From: Lobosporangium transversale
Lineage: Eukaryota
DNA length: 20,000 nucleotides
Direction of reading: 5' to 3'
NCBI RefSeq assembly: GCF_002105155.1
Contig: NW_019029003.1
Span: 554,580 to 574,579, forward strand
Of the stretch, positions 1 through 10,399 are shown piece after piece. Below the pieces are notes generated by a model. It saw only the letters and a program-made list of their open reading frames with translations. It was not told the DNA's origin and searched no databases. Position 1 is the first letter of the stretch, and each line of letters opens with the position of its first letter. A program made the translations under genes and the position numbers.

Positions 1-1310
1 GGCGATTCCCATGCCTGTGGCTGTGGCTTTGGTGCCTAGCGGAATCTTTTCTCGTGCCCACTCTTCATGACCACTGTTTTCAGCACGAGACTTTTGAATC
101 GTATCCACTTGACGTGCTTCCTCAATTTTTTTTACCTCTTCTTGTTGCGGCAACTGTTGCTGTTGTTGCTGCTTAAGGTGTGTCTCTTGTTCCTGTTGAG
201 CCTTGAGCAAACGCTCCTTCTCTTGCTGGTCCTTCAATCGTGCTTCTTTATCTTGCTGATCTCTCAGCTTTTGTTCCCTCTCTTGCTGTTCTTTCAATCG
301 CATTTCCTTCTCTTGTTGTTCTTTCAGCCTTACCTCCTTCTCTTGCTGCTCTTTCAACAGTGCCTCCTTCTCTTGTTGTTCTTTCAACCGTGCCTCCCTC
401 TCTTGTTGCTCTTTCAGTCTTCGTTCCTTTTCTTTTTCTTCTTTCAATCGTGCCTCCTTCTCTTGTTGCTCTTTCAACCTCCGTTCCTTTTCTTGTTGCT
501 CTTTCAATCGTGCTTCCTTCAGTCTCTGCTCCTTCTCTTGCTGCTCCTTCAGTAATTGCTCCTTTTTCTGTTGTTCTTTCAACTGTGCTTCCTTTTTCTC
601 TTGTTGTTCCTTCTCCATTTGTTCCTTCAGCCTCTTCTCAGCCTCAAGTCGTCCTTTGGTTACCGTGTCTTCTTTTCCTTCCTTGGCTTCAGAAATACCA
701 CCACTGCGGCTATTGTTACTACTGCTATTATTATAATGGTTTTTGCTAATGGCAGTGGTAGTGGTAGCGGCCACACTATTTCCATCAGCTGCAATGTTTC
801 CTGATGATGGTGACAATGAGGATAATGGTTTCATACTAACGTCTGTAGGGTACTGTTGCTGTTGTTGTTGTTCCTGAAGATGCTTCAATAAACGATTCGT
901 AAGTTCCTTCTTACGACCAGTCACCTTGAGCCCATTATCTCGAAGAATTTGCTTTAGATCAGAAATCGATATGGCTTCGAGTTCCTGTCGTGTGTAATTG
1001 AGGGTCCGGGAAGTCGTAGAGGTAGTAGCAGCAGTAATCTCTTCAGTCCTTGCGCTCTCTTTTGATGCTGTTTCTCCTTGACGATGTCGGTTGATGTTAG
1101 TATTGATATTGTTAGTGATATTGAAATGTTCAGATCGCTTCGGACTGGACGTGGAAGCAAAAGTGCGTGACAGGGTTGGATGAAAAAAGTGATCATTGCA
1201 ATTCGATCCGATCGTCCTTCTTATTCTTGTGATCGAAGTCGTTCTCTTGAATGTTAGACTTGTAAGCGTTGCTGTGCATCGCCCTGCCATGAGCCGAGTT
1301 TGACTAAGCA

Positions 1311-1311
<1 letters not shown>
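1..1311 (-). CDS. SAP-domain protein with a putative mitochondrial presequence and a long E/K/Q/R-rich helical repeat; 3' end lies outside the window
   Basis: Manual translation from ATG at 1311 is stop-free for 437 codons to base 1, so it is absent from the ORF track. The N-terminus MLSQTRLMAGRCTATLTSLTFKRTTSITRIRRTIG is R/S/T-rich with no acidic residues. LEAISISDLKQILRDNGLKVTGRKKELTNRLLKHL (~877-981) fits the SAP consensus LxxLxxxELKxxLxxxGLxxxGxKxxLxxRL. Confidence 0.85.
211..600 (-). repeat. Coding 30-bp (10-aa) tandem repeat, roughly RLKEQQEKEA
   Basis: Plus-strand units like tgcctccttctcttgttgttctttcaaccg recur in 30-bp register, clearest at 271-510. Confidence 0.9.
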
Positions 1312-1344
<33 letters not shown>

Positions 1345-1880
1345 GTTACGATCTGATCTGTAAGATTTATTTATTATTTATTATTTATACTCAAGTGTAA
1401 ATGTTATGATGTAATTTAACCGTAGAAAGGGCATCTCATGAAACAACAGTCAAATAAAATACATGTAAACCACCGACTACCAAATTCAGTTGCAAATGGA
1501 AATGGCAATATTAAGCTTCTGGGTCGTAAAACGGGCAAATTTGCGCATTTGACTTTCATCAACTTATCCAAACGACTTTGATCCAGTCCTCTCTCTAAAA
1601 GTTAGCTCTTCTCCCTTCCTTTGCCTTTGCCTGGTATCAATATTAACTTTTTATTCTCTCAATACCAGTATTAAAAAAATATCCTTCGTTTAGCGGATAA
1701 AATTATTTCAACGAGAGTGTATGTTAGATAAAATAAAAAAGATCAGGTAAAAACATCGCCGATCATTGCATCACAAAAGCTCACCCAGGCAGGGCCCTAA
1801 TAAGGTTCTTTACAAAAAAATTCGTTTACATTTCCTTTATTGTTGCAAGAGCCGATCATGATAGAACCATAGCATGCAGG

Positions 1881-2984
1881 CTAGTAAAGCCCGAGCCCAA
1901 ACGCATTCGCTGTTAGCACTAGGCCTGCCAGAAGGGCGGCGATAACATCATTCCAGAACCCTCGCTCTTTCTTCTTGATTCTCTGTTGTTCTCGGTGATG
2001 GCTGAACATTGCTTCCAACTCTGCCTTTTCTCGAGCCAACCCATTTTTTTCGTTTTCAGCTTCCGCTAGCTTCTGCTCGTATTTTTCTCTCTCGACCCTT
2101 CGCTCCTTCTCCAACTGGTCAAACAGGTCCCTCATACCTGCTCTAGACGCCGCATCTGCACGTTCTAAGGTATCTGCCAACATGAGTTTATCTGTCTCAA
2201 CTTTCTTTAGTTCAGCCTCCACCTCCAATCGCATCTTATCCAATCTTGCCTTCATTTTTTCCGTCTCATTGTCGTAACGTCGAATAATTGATGCCAGCTC
2301 CTCGTCAAAAGCCTTCTTTTGAATTATTAGCTCTTGGTTTATGTGCTGTCCTGCTGCAGTCTCGAGCAATCCTTTCCTCTCAACAACCATTTCTTGCTGG
2401 ATCTTGAGCGCTACGGGCCTGTTACAAAGCATTGCCTTGAAGATTCGAATGAGGTCATCGCGGTCCTGGTATCGATCCAACTTGCAGCCTTCAACCAGAT
2501 AATCACGCCAGTGCTTGTCTTTGAGCTGTAACTCCCTTTTGAGTGCAGATGGAGTTGTTTGCAAACCCCAACCTCTTGTCAGCATCACAACATTGCCATA
2601 TGCGTCCTTGCCACAGAGTCTATCAAACATCTCCAAGTTCTTGACATTGCTGCCACGGAGTCGAGTTTCTGCAATATTGTGGAGATATATAATGCCAGAG
2701 ACTTTATAGTCGCCTGAGTAGAGCACGGCGAGGTATTCAGCCACATCAGTTAGAACCTGGGTGTCAGAACGCTTGGTGTCGTCAAATCCAGGCGTGTCCA
2801 AGATAGTGACTAGCTCGCCATCAATCTCGCAGGTTATCGGCTCAATGTTCTGAGTGCATGATTCTAGATCATCTCCAACTTCGACATCCTGGCCGGATAT
2901 ATCCCTGATCAGATAGCTCTTCCCCGCGCCGGTCATTCCCATTACGAGGATTATCTTTGCTCGCTTTTCTTGGCGACGTGTCAT
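1881..2984 (-). CDS. AIG1/GIMAP-like (TRAFAC) P-loop GTPase with coiled coil and C-terminal hydrophobic tail, 367 aa
   Basis: G1 GMTGAGKS, G2 SCT, G3 DTPGFDD and GIIYLHNI are typical of fungal AIG1/MMR_HSR1-like G-domain proteins. An E/K/R-rich coiled coil follows, then KKKERGFWNDVIAALLAGLVLTANAFGLGLY (basic patch plus terminal hydrophobic helix). Single exon. Confidence 0.88.
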   Translation of the reverse strand: MTRRQEKRAKIILVMGMTGAGKSYLIRDISGQDVEVGDDLESCTQNIEPITCEIDGELVTILDTPGFDDTKRSDTQVLTDVAEYLAVLYSGDYKVSGIIYLHNIAETRLRGSNVKNLEMFDRLCGKDAYGNVVMLTRGWGLQTTPSALKRELQLKDKHWRDYLVEGCKLDRYQDRDDLIRIFKAMLCNRPVALKIQQEMVVERKGLLETAAGQHINQELIIQKKAFDEELASIIRRYDNETEKMKARLDKMRLEVEAELKKVETDKLMLADTLERADAASRAGMRDLFDQLEKERRVEREKYEQKLAEAENEKNGLAREKAELEAMFSHHREQQRIKKKERGFWNDVIAALLAGLVLTANAFGLGLY

Positions 2985-3353
2985 AATGGCCTAATAGTCT
3001 GCTCTGAGATAATACAGTAGAAGAAGGATGGAGGGGCCAAAGCAATTGAAATTGAAGCGCAAAGGCCTGGGATACTGAGAGCACAAGGCACAAGGGTTTG
3101 GATTGGAGGCAATGATTCGTAAGGATTGGGGTTGATGGTTAGGTGTTAGAGGTTGAAGGGCTTGGGAGTGAAGCATGCATTATAGAAAAAAGTGGAGATG
3201 TGGCTCTATTTAAATGTTGTGGACTTCAAACCTTAAACAACTGCAAAGTAGCAATAAGACGAACCACGTCCGCTAGACTATCTATTGTCCATAGTTTTCA
3301 TATTGTGATCGCAATCAAAAGCAGCCGGTTGTCTACTCTTTTTCCCCGGGCAA

Positions 3354-3617
3354 CCTAAAATGCAAGAAATGCTTCGCCAACGAAAAAGTGCTACAAGAAA
3401 TACTTTGTCAACAAAAAAGCGTTACAAGAAATACTTTGTCAACAAAAAAGCGTTACAAGAAATATTTTGTCAACGAAAAGGTGTTACAAGAAATACTTTG
3501 TCAACGAAAAGTGTTGCAAGAAATACTTCGCTTTACTCTGATACCAAAACCTAAAGTGCAAAAAAATACTTCGCCATCCTGAGTCAAATCCTAAAATGCA
3601 GAAAATACTTCTTCGCC
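3354..3617. repeat. 31-bp minisatellite (~5.5 copies) with related flanking motifs
   Basis: caagaaat recurs at 3363, 3394, 3425, 3456, 3487 and 3517; the unit is ~ttacaagaaatactttgtcaacRaaaaRgYg. A related cctaaaRtgca...cttcgcc motif occurs at ~3354, ~3550 and ~3590. Confidence 0.9.
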
Positions 3618-4963
3618 AAGCACCCCGAGCATCGAGGGAAAAACCACTTTAAACAAGAATGCATGAAGACGGTTAGAAATAACCGTGAGACTATGCATGC
3701 CTCCGAGAGTTTGGAATTTAATTTGTAAAGAAATATGCAGCTATATGACGAAAAAGGCAATCCTTGCTTTCTCAATTAGTATTTACCACTTCTTTCCATT
3801 CTGTGTCCAAAAGATATCGACCCTATTGGACTCGATGGCTCAGGATATGGATCCAACTCCTGGCCATCGCCTCGCTTAGCCTACCGATCGTATGTTTCGC
3901 TGGGCACAGTTGTCATAAAACATTGCGCAGAGATTATGGATGGACCAATGATATCAAATAGATCTCCAATGCCCTTGCTGTCACCATAATCCTCCCATAT
4001 ATCTACTCTTTCAGGAGTTCAAAGCTTTGCTCGCGCCTTCTACACTTTTGTACTGTTGGGGCTCACTGTATTCGATGGAATGAACTCCGCTACGATAGAG
4101 GCTACTATGGATACCTACTCCTCAATGCTGGGCAATTTATATTCGTTGAAATAGGCTCTATCCTGTGGGTGCCAATCAAAACAACCAAATGAAGGCCAGA
4201 AATACAGGCAGGAATCTAATGTTATCGATGCCAGTCCTGACATACCTAATGGTGATACCACCAATACAATATGTCTATCTAGCCTATATGCCACAATCCC
4301 AGGTATTGATGCTGATGTACATTTTATCGCTGCTGACCCACTGTGGCCATTCTATCGAATACCTCAGCAAGACTTATACCTCAGCAAGGTTTAAAGCCCA
4401 CTGACTTGTATCAACAACACAGCAGCCTGCTGATAAAAGCTATTCTAGGCGTCAAAGGACGAAATGTATCAAAGCTTTCATTGTCAAGCGGGGGAATGAC
4501 TTTTTTTTTTTTTTTTTTTTCCAAGCACAAAAATGGCCAACACTGAATTTGTGTTAGCCAAGTTCTTCGCTTCCCCTTACGCGATTATCAAGCATCGCTA
4601 CGCCAATTTACAGCGTATGAGCCACGACAGGAACACGCGTATGGTCTCGAATGATAAGGAAAGAGAAGCCATAGGGGACGCGTGCAAGAATAACAAACAT
4701 CAATGGTCAGCGCAAGCATTATTACGGGGATATTATTACTATCAATGCAGACGTCTGTGGAGACAAGAGCAGAAGCACTCCTAGTGAGGGAAAATGACCT
4801 CGAAGACTCTGGTTTTGATCAATTGGTTATCTTGTTACTTTAGAACGATTTTTTATGATGGTGATGAACCTTTTATTATTATCTGTAAGTTGTATTTAAT
4901 GCCAATCATGGGTCATCATCCATCAGATAGAGTTTATTTGTACCATACTACTGGTCTTGATTG

Positions 4964-6511
4964 CTATACAACGCGCTTGAAAATCTCTACAAACGTCAAA
5001 GGATCTTGGCCTCCAGACAAGAGGTACGTGTTCTGAACGATAGTGGTAGGTACACCTTGAATGCCCAGCTCATGCTTAGCGACTTTGATTTGATTCTTAA
5101 TTTCTTGTAAATTTTCATCTGAAGCGAGATAAGCGGAGATGCTGTCAAGTTCCTGTTCGATTTCCACTTTGTAATCATTGCTGGAGTCCAATCGGCCTTT
5201 GGTTTGTTGATCTGCAACGACTGCGCATAGGATCTTTCGAGCAATTATGGAGAGCGTAGGCAAGTCACCACACTCTCCGCGTTCAAAATGACTTTGAAAC
5301 AGTTCTTCCACCATTGCACCCTCAGTTAGAGCTCCAAGTTCATCCATCATATCCTGCAATTCCTTCCTTCTCTCCTCTTCCTCTTCCTCCTCTTCCTCCT
5401 CTCTCTCTTCTTCGTCGCCACCATTGTTGTTGTTACAATCATTAGTGATGTTATTGTTGTTATTGCTGGTGTTATAGTTATTATTTTCTTGTAGTGGTTT
5501 TATTCTTGCGAATGACTCCTCAAGAATGGTGTTACGAACTGACGATGCTGATGCTGATGCTGATGTTAATGATTGTGACGATGCTGAGGATGAAATCAGT
5601 TGCATTAGCCATTGTTTCCCGATTCGCTCTCTTGCATAATAGATCAACCGGTGAGAATTCAACGTGTTGCAGTATAAAATCTCTTCCGCATTCATAAACT
5701 CTATTCCTTCTCTTTTTGCCGCGTTCCCGACCCGATTTTTGATCAAATCTGCACGATCAGGGCCGTGTTTTCGAGTGTACAATCTTGCTTTCATGATGGG
5801 GGATTGAGGTGCTTGAGGATCCAATTGGTAGGGATGCCAATGGATTTGGAAACGAACTTTGGAGGCTTCAGGGGAAAGAGAATGAAAGAGTCGGATCGCT
5901 CGAGAGATTCGACGTTTGGCAACAAAACACCAGGGGCAGGTGGTGTCGAAGGCGATGTCAAGACGAATAGTGGATTGAGTGATGATGAGGGGTGGTAAGA
6001 TTGAGAGAGTGCCTGCGGTTGGAGTGGGTGTTGTTGGTGTCGTTGGTGTCGTTGGTGTTGTTGCGAGAGATGTTGAAGTAGAAATAGGGACAGTAGTAGA
6101 AGCAGAAGTAGAATCAGAAGTAGAAGTAGAATCAGAATCAGAATCAGAAAGGGGAGTTGTAGTAGGTACTGTTGTCGTTGCGGCCGCAATCACAGTAGAA
6201 TCTTTTTCTGTGAATGGTGGCGATAGTGATGATGGGTCGTTCTGTTTTTCGGTAGAAGCACTACATGTGTCCCCAGAGTGAATGGGAACAGACGAGGAGG
6301 GCAAGATGTCTTGTGAAGTTGTCGCTGCTGCTGTTGTTGTTGTTGATCCATTATCAGGATTAGAAGTTGTTGGACAGAGTTGCTTAAAATCAAGAGTACT
6401 ATTGTTATTGCAGTTCATGTTAGTGTTGTTGATGTCTTTTTTCAAACATGAATTTGAAGACTTCACCATCGACATATCTTGTAAAGCAGTGGTTATTGAT
6501 GTGTCGCTCAT
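4964..6511 (-). CDS. DsbA-family (FrnE-like, DSBA thioredoxin-fold) oxidoreductase with a low-complexity N-terminal extension, ~515 aa
   Basis: Active site DIAFDTTCPWCFVAKRR (CxxC = CPWC), WHPYQLDP, NTLNSHRL and the cis-Pro motif IQGVPT. The first plausible ATG is at 6511 (MSDTS); the ORF-track extension to 6604 is poly-T 5' sequence. Confidence 0.88.
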   Translation of the reverse strand: MSDTSITTALQDMSMVKSSNSCLKKDINNTNMNCNNNSTLDFKQLCPTTSNPDNGSTTTTAAATTSQDILPSSSVPIHSGDTCSASTEKQNDPSSLSPPFTEKDSTVIAAATTTVPTTTPLSDSDSDSTSTSDSTSASTTVPISTSTSLATTPTTPTTPTTPTPTAGTLSILPPLIITQSTIRLDIAFDTTCPWCFVAKRRISRAIRLFHSLSPEASKVRFQIHWHPYQLDPQAPQSPIMKARLYTRKHGPDRADLIKNRVGNAAKREGIEFMNAEEILYCNTLNSHRLIYYARERIGKQWLMQLISSSASSQSLTSASASASSVRNTILEESFARIKPLQENNNYNTSNNNNNITNDCNNNNGGDEEEREEEEEEEEEERRKELQDMMDELGALTEGAMVEELFQSHFERGECGDLPTLSIIARKILCAVVADQQTKGRLDSSNDYKVEIEQELDSISAYLASDENLQEIKNQIKVAKHELGIQGVPTTIVQNTYLLSGGQDPLTFVEIFKRVV

Positions 6512-6560
6512 GATTTGAAAAATGTGCTGTAGCAGAAGATCAAAAACAAAGACGAAGAAG

Positions 6561-6597
<37 letters not shown>

Positions 6598-7188
6598 GAA
6601 GCAAAGAAGGAGAGGCGGAGAGGCGGAGATGAAAGGAAGAAAAGAAAGAGGGGGGAAAGACAGAAATGGAAGAGAAAGAGGGAGTAAGAATAATTAGTAG
6701 GTTGGAACAATACGAGTCAGAGGCGAGTAAAGTGCGGGATATGTTCCATGTGTTGCATGCCTTTCTTTTTTTTTCAACATCCTATCCATCCATTTGTCGG
6801 ATGGGCTTTTTTTATTTATCCAAAATAAAAAAAAAAACCAATGCATTTAACTGGTTCAACCGCGCAGCAGTTGTCTTGAGCTTGGATCTGCACGTGAGCC
6901 TAGGCTGACTATACTGCTGACTGTTGGCCCTTGCCTTTTACCAATGAAGTCTGGCAAGCCCAAAGAGAGGAATAGCTTTACATTACTCTCAAGCGCAACA
7001 AAAGAAAAAAAAAAAAAAATCGCTGTGGCTCATCTTGCAAAAAAGACAATCTCACAAGCCCCTCCCACAAAGATCTTTACGCTCGTCACCAGTCTGAGGA
7101 CGAAGTTCATGTGCACATGCACATGCTGAAAGGCAAATGTGGCTTGCTCTTGCCTTCTGGGACCAAACTTGATATTTTGGCTGGAGGT

Positions 7189-7460
7189 TAGGCTCGTCAC
7201 CAGCCTGTGTGGCTTATGTGCATTGCACTAACGCTCACTGACAGGCTGGGATCAAACTTGAGATTTTGGGGGGGTCAACATCTAGCGGCATATTTCGACT
7301 TAGAAAAAAAAAAAAGGACCATTTCCCCGCCGTTTGTACGACTTAGAAATTTTTTTTGAAGAAAAAATGTTGACCTCCCCCAAAATCTCAAGTTTGGTCC
7401 CAGCCTGTCAGTGAGCGTTAGTGCAATGCACATAAGCCACACAGGCTGGTGACGAACCTA
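7189..7460. mobile_element. MITE-like element with ~93-bp terminal inverted repeats and TA flanks
   Basis: 7189-7281 (taggctcgtcaccagcctgtgtgg...ggtcaacat) is the reverse complement of 7367-7460 (atgttgacc...ggtgacgaaccta) with only a few differences. The spacer is ~85 bp, non-coding, and TA lies at both ends. Confidence 0.8.
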
Positions 7461-7975
7461 CCTTTGTATGTGTACATGAACTTCGTAGCCCTAAAGATCT
7501 TTTGACAAACACAAGCCATGTCGCCACCAAAATTTATTTTTAAGATTAAAAATCTTGTACTCCTAAATGTTTTCTGTTTACAAACAAGTTTTAACTTCGA
7601 TGGTAAAAAGGAAAACCTTCTTCTATCAAATAAATAACTTGTTGCAAATGTTGACGCTGGTGTAAATTCCTTCTTCCTTTGCCCCTCAACTACAGTAATT
7701 GGTCACGTCACAAAGAAAATGACATGTGATTGATTTAAAAAAAAAATATTTTCTCACAGTTCTGACTGAAAGGAACAAATTCATCAATTGTCGCTCCTTT
7801 TGCCTTCCGTCACGCTGGGCGTATGCACTTTTCCTATCATCATCACAACTTACATTGTCACAATTTTGAACTGGATCAACATCCTTTTAACATTTTTATC
7901 CGATATTCCAAAGTTTTCTTATTTTCTGCCCTCTGTCCATTTATACCCTTGTTTTTAAACAGTTTTGAAATCACA

Positions 7976-10399
7976 ATGGGAAGCAGCAGAACATCGTCAC
8001 GATACCCCTCACCTCGACTTAATCCGTTAGGAACGAAAGAAAAAAGAAAAGAAGGAGAAGCGAATGAAGAGTGTCCAAGCACTAGTGGATCTAAAACCCC
8101 CAAGCCGACCGAACTAAAGATTTTTTGTATTGTTGATGGAGAAGCAACAGCTTTTTCAGTCAAGATCCTTTCCAATTGTTCAGTCGATGAACTCAAGCAA
8201 GCCATCAAGGCAGCGAAGAAAAATGCATTTAAGGATATTGACGCTGACCAGCTCACCCTCTACAGGGTCTCTATTCCTGACGAAGACAAGACCGTCGTTG
8301 AGTCAGAAATTGTGTCGAAAGAGGCTCTCACAATCGCGTCAATGGAGCTTTGGGAGATATTTAATTCTGAACTTCCAAGGAAAACTATCCATGTTTTTGT
8401 CAAGCCACCGCAGCGAGGTATGTATTAGCTCTTGACGGACTGATAGTTATATTTTCAATTGATGAAGCTTGTTTGCTTATTTTCATGCCCAACACCATGT
8501 GATATCACGCCTTTTTTATGTTTGTTTCGTTGTAATACAGCTGTTTTATTTGTTATTGAGATGGATCTCACGTCAGGTTTTTACTTGGGGTATTGATGTG
8601 TTTGAGAAAACATAGAGATGCAACACTAACATAGTCTTGATACTTTTCGATTTAATAAAACAGGTCAAAAGAGGGGTCGCGACAATTTTGAAGTCGACGA
8701 GGGCGACGAAACTTCCTCCAAAAGACCCAAAGTTGAAGAGGACAACTTAATCAAGGCAATTCGAGCAGCAGGACTTTCCGAAAAAGCCATAGTAGATGGG
8801 CGTGCCAACCTTCCTCGTCTTACAAGTAAAGAGTTGGTTTCGGTGCTTGAGAACATTGGAAGCAGAACATCAGAGGCCAACATCTTCCAAGCAATATCCC
8901 GAACAGCTTCCAGGCTAAAACGTTCATCTTTTGGAAAAGCAGATTATGTGATATCCAGTCCACCAGGGACAAGGCTTCCGGTGATCGATGCGCAAGATCT
9001 ATATGTAAGAAAGGAATTCAAGGATCTCTACGATTTAATCACCAAACAGTTTTGCAACGCTGAGGACGATGCACGAAACCGTATTGTTGTTACAGGGACG
9101 GCTGGTATAGGGAAGTCATCCTTTCTCATATATTTTGCCATCCGACTACTTGCAACCAGTACCGAGGATGATCCACCTATTGTCATCATCCAGCGAAAAG
9201 AAGATTCAATGTGCTACGCTTTTGGTGGGTCATCTACTGTTCAAAATGGAGATATAAAGGATTTCGCCGCCTTCCTAGAGCTACCTAACACTTGGTTCCT
9301 AGTCGACAGCTCACCAAAGCCGGAGCTTATGGAGGCTCGAACTATCTTCTCAGTATCACCAAAGACGTTATTTTCCGAGTCCAACATGTATCAAGAAATT
9401 GTAAAGAGGGTGGTATGGATTTATTACATGGCACCATGGGAGCTGGATGAGTTAAGACAGTGTAGAAAAATGGTTCGGACCTTTAACATCGTCAGCGAAG
9501 AATTTATGGTGGAACTCTATGAGAAGATAGGTGGTGTGCCAAGGTATGTTCTCGAGAAACCAGCGAGCCGACTGCACTTTAATAAAAAAGATCTTGATGG
9601 AGCTAGGAGGGTAGCATACAGTCGCGTAGAAGAAGCCCTCGACAACCTCAAGGATCCATTGAAGCTGTTACAATATTTTGAACAGGCCAAAGATTCACTA
9701 CAATATAGCAGCCGACTTCTTCATCGTCGTCCAATAGGAGATCACCAGCAATTTGTGTTAGAGTGGGCCTCTAATCACATTCTCGAAAAGGTGTACGAAG
9801 CAGCGGACGACAATACTTTTGATATGATATTGGATCGATTAGTCAATGGCAAAGTTGGAGTAGATCTAGGAGCTATGCTCGAGATATGTATACGTCGCAT
9901 ACTACGGAGAGGCGACTGTACCTTCGTGGCCAAGAGTCTAGATGTAGAGAAAAAGCAAGATATCACCATCACCATCGATGCCAAGCCGACGGTTAAATTC
10001 TTCGAAGCTTTTGATGTTTACAAGGAATCGATGAAAGGAGAACTATGGATCCCAAAAAGCAAGACTTTTGCCTGCGTTGATATGCTAATAGCGCCGAATT
10101 ATCTACTCCAGATTACGGCAAATGTAAAGCATGGTATCAAGAGTGAATCTTGCAAAGAACTTCTTAAAAAGCTTCAAGAAAAAAAGTGGATTCGCTCAGA
10201 GAAGGACGTTGTATTTATTTTTGTTGTTCCAAAAGCTAAGGCTGAGGAATATAAGAAACAAAAATTCAAGATTGGGGCTGGTCGGGTGGATCCTAAACCG
10301 ACAAAAGAACTATCAAGTATCAAGCAATATGTCATGGGGGTAGACTTAAACGCAGAATTACAGCGAGGTAGACTTGAGGGCAGAACTAAAGCGGTATAA
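7976..10399 (+). CDS. Crinkler (CRN)/RHS-like effector, copy A: ubiquitin-like CRN header, NTPase and restriction-endonuclease-like domain; 2 exons, 725 aa predicted
   Basis: Exon 1 is 7976-8417 (LKIFCIVDGE...FSVKI...VDELKQAIK...LTLYRV...TIHVFVKPP, a CRN N-terminal domain with a HVLVxxP-like end). The phase-1 intron 8418-8663 has GTATGT, branch CTAAC at 8626 and CAG. Exon 2, 8664-10399, is in frame with ORF 8834..10399: Walker A GTAGIGKS, Walker B WFLVD, MAPWELDEL, GGVPRY, and C-terminal FACVDML...LLQIT...HGIK. Confidence 0.9.

Noticed and set aside
67..804. Leu/Phe-rich plus-strand ORFs that look like membrane proteins
   Set aside because: They are antisense shadows of the E/K/Q repeat in the minus-strand SAP gene.
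3354..3617. Possible CRISPR array
   Set aside because: The units are contiguous with no unique spacers, the context is eukaryotic and there are no cas genes.
3760..4800. Short ORFs and coding-like composition between the GTPase and DsbA genes
   Set aside because: No recognisable motif or consistent exon chain was found. It could be a relic, but this cannot be supported without a search.
6512..6604. Poly-Phe N-terminus of the DsbA ORF as a signal peptide
   Set aside because: It derives from a poly-T tract with a non-ATG start; the ATG at 6511 is more plausible.
7823..8834. ORF-track entries 7823..8428 and 8834..10399 (and 14554..15147, 15286..17091) as separate genes or a toxin-antitoxin pair
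   Set aside because: Canonical GT-AG introns join them in frame into single CRN genes.
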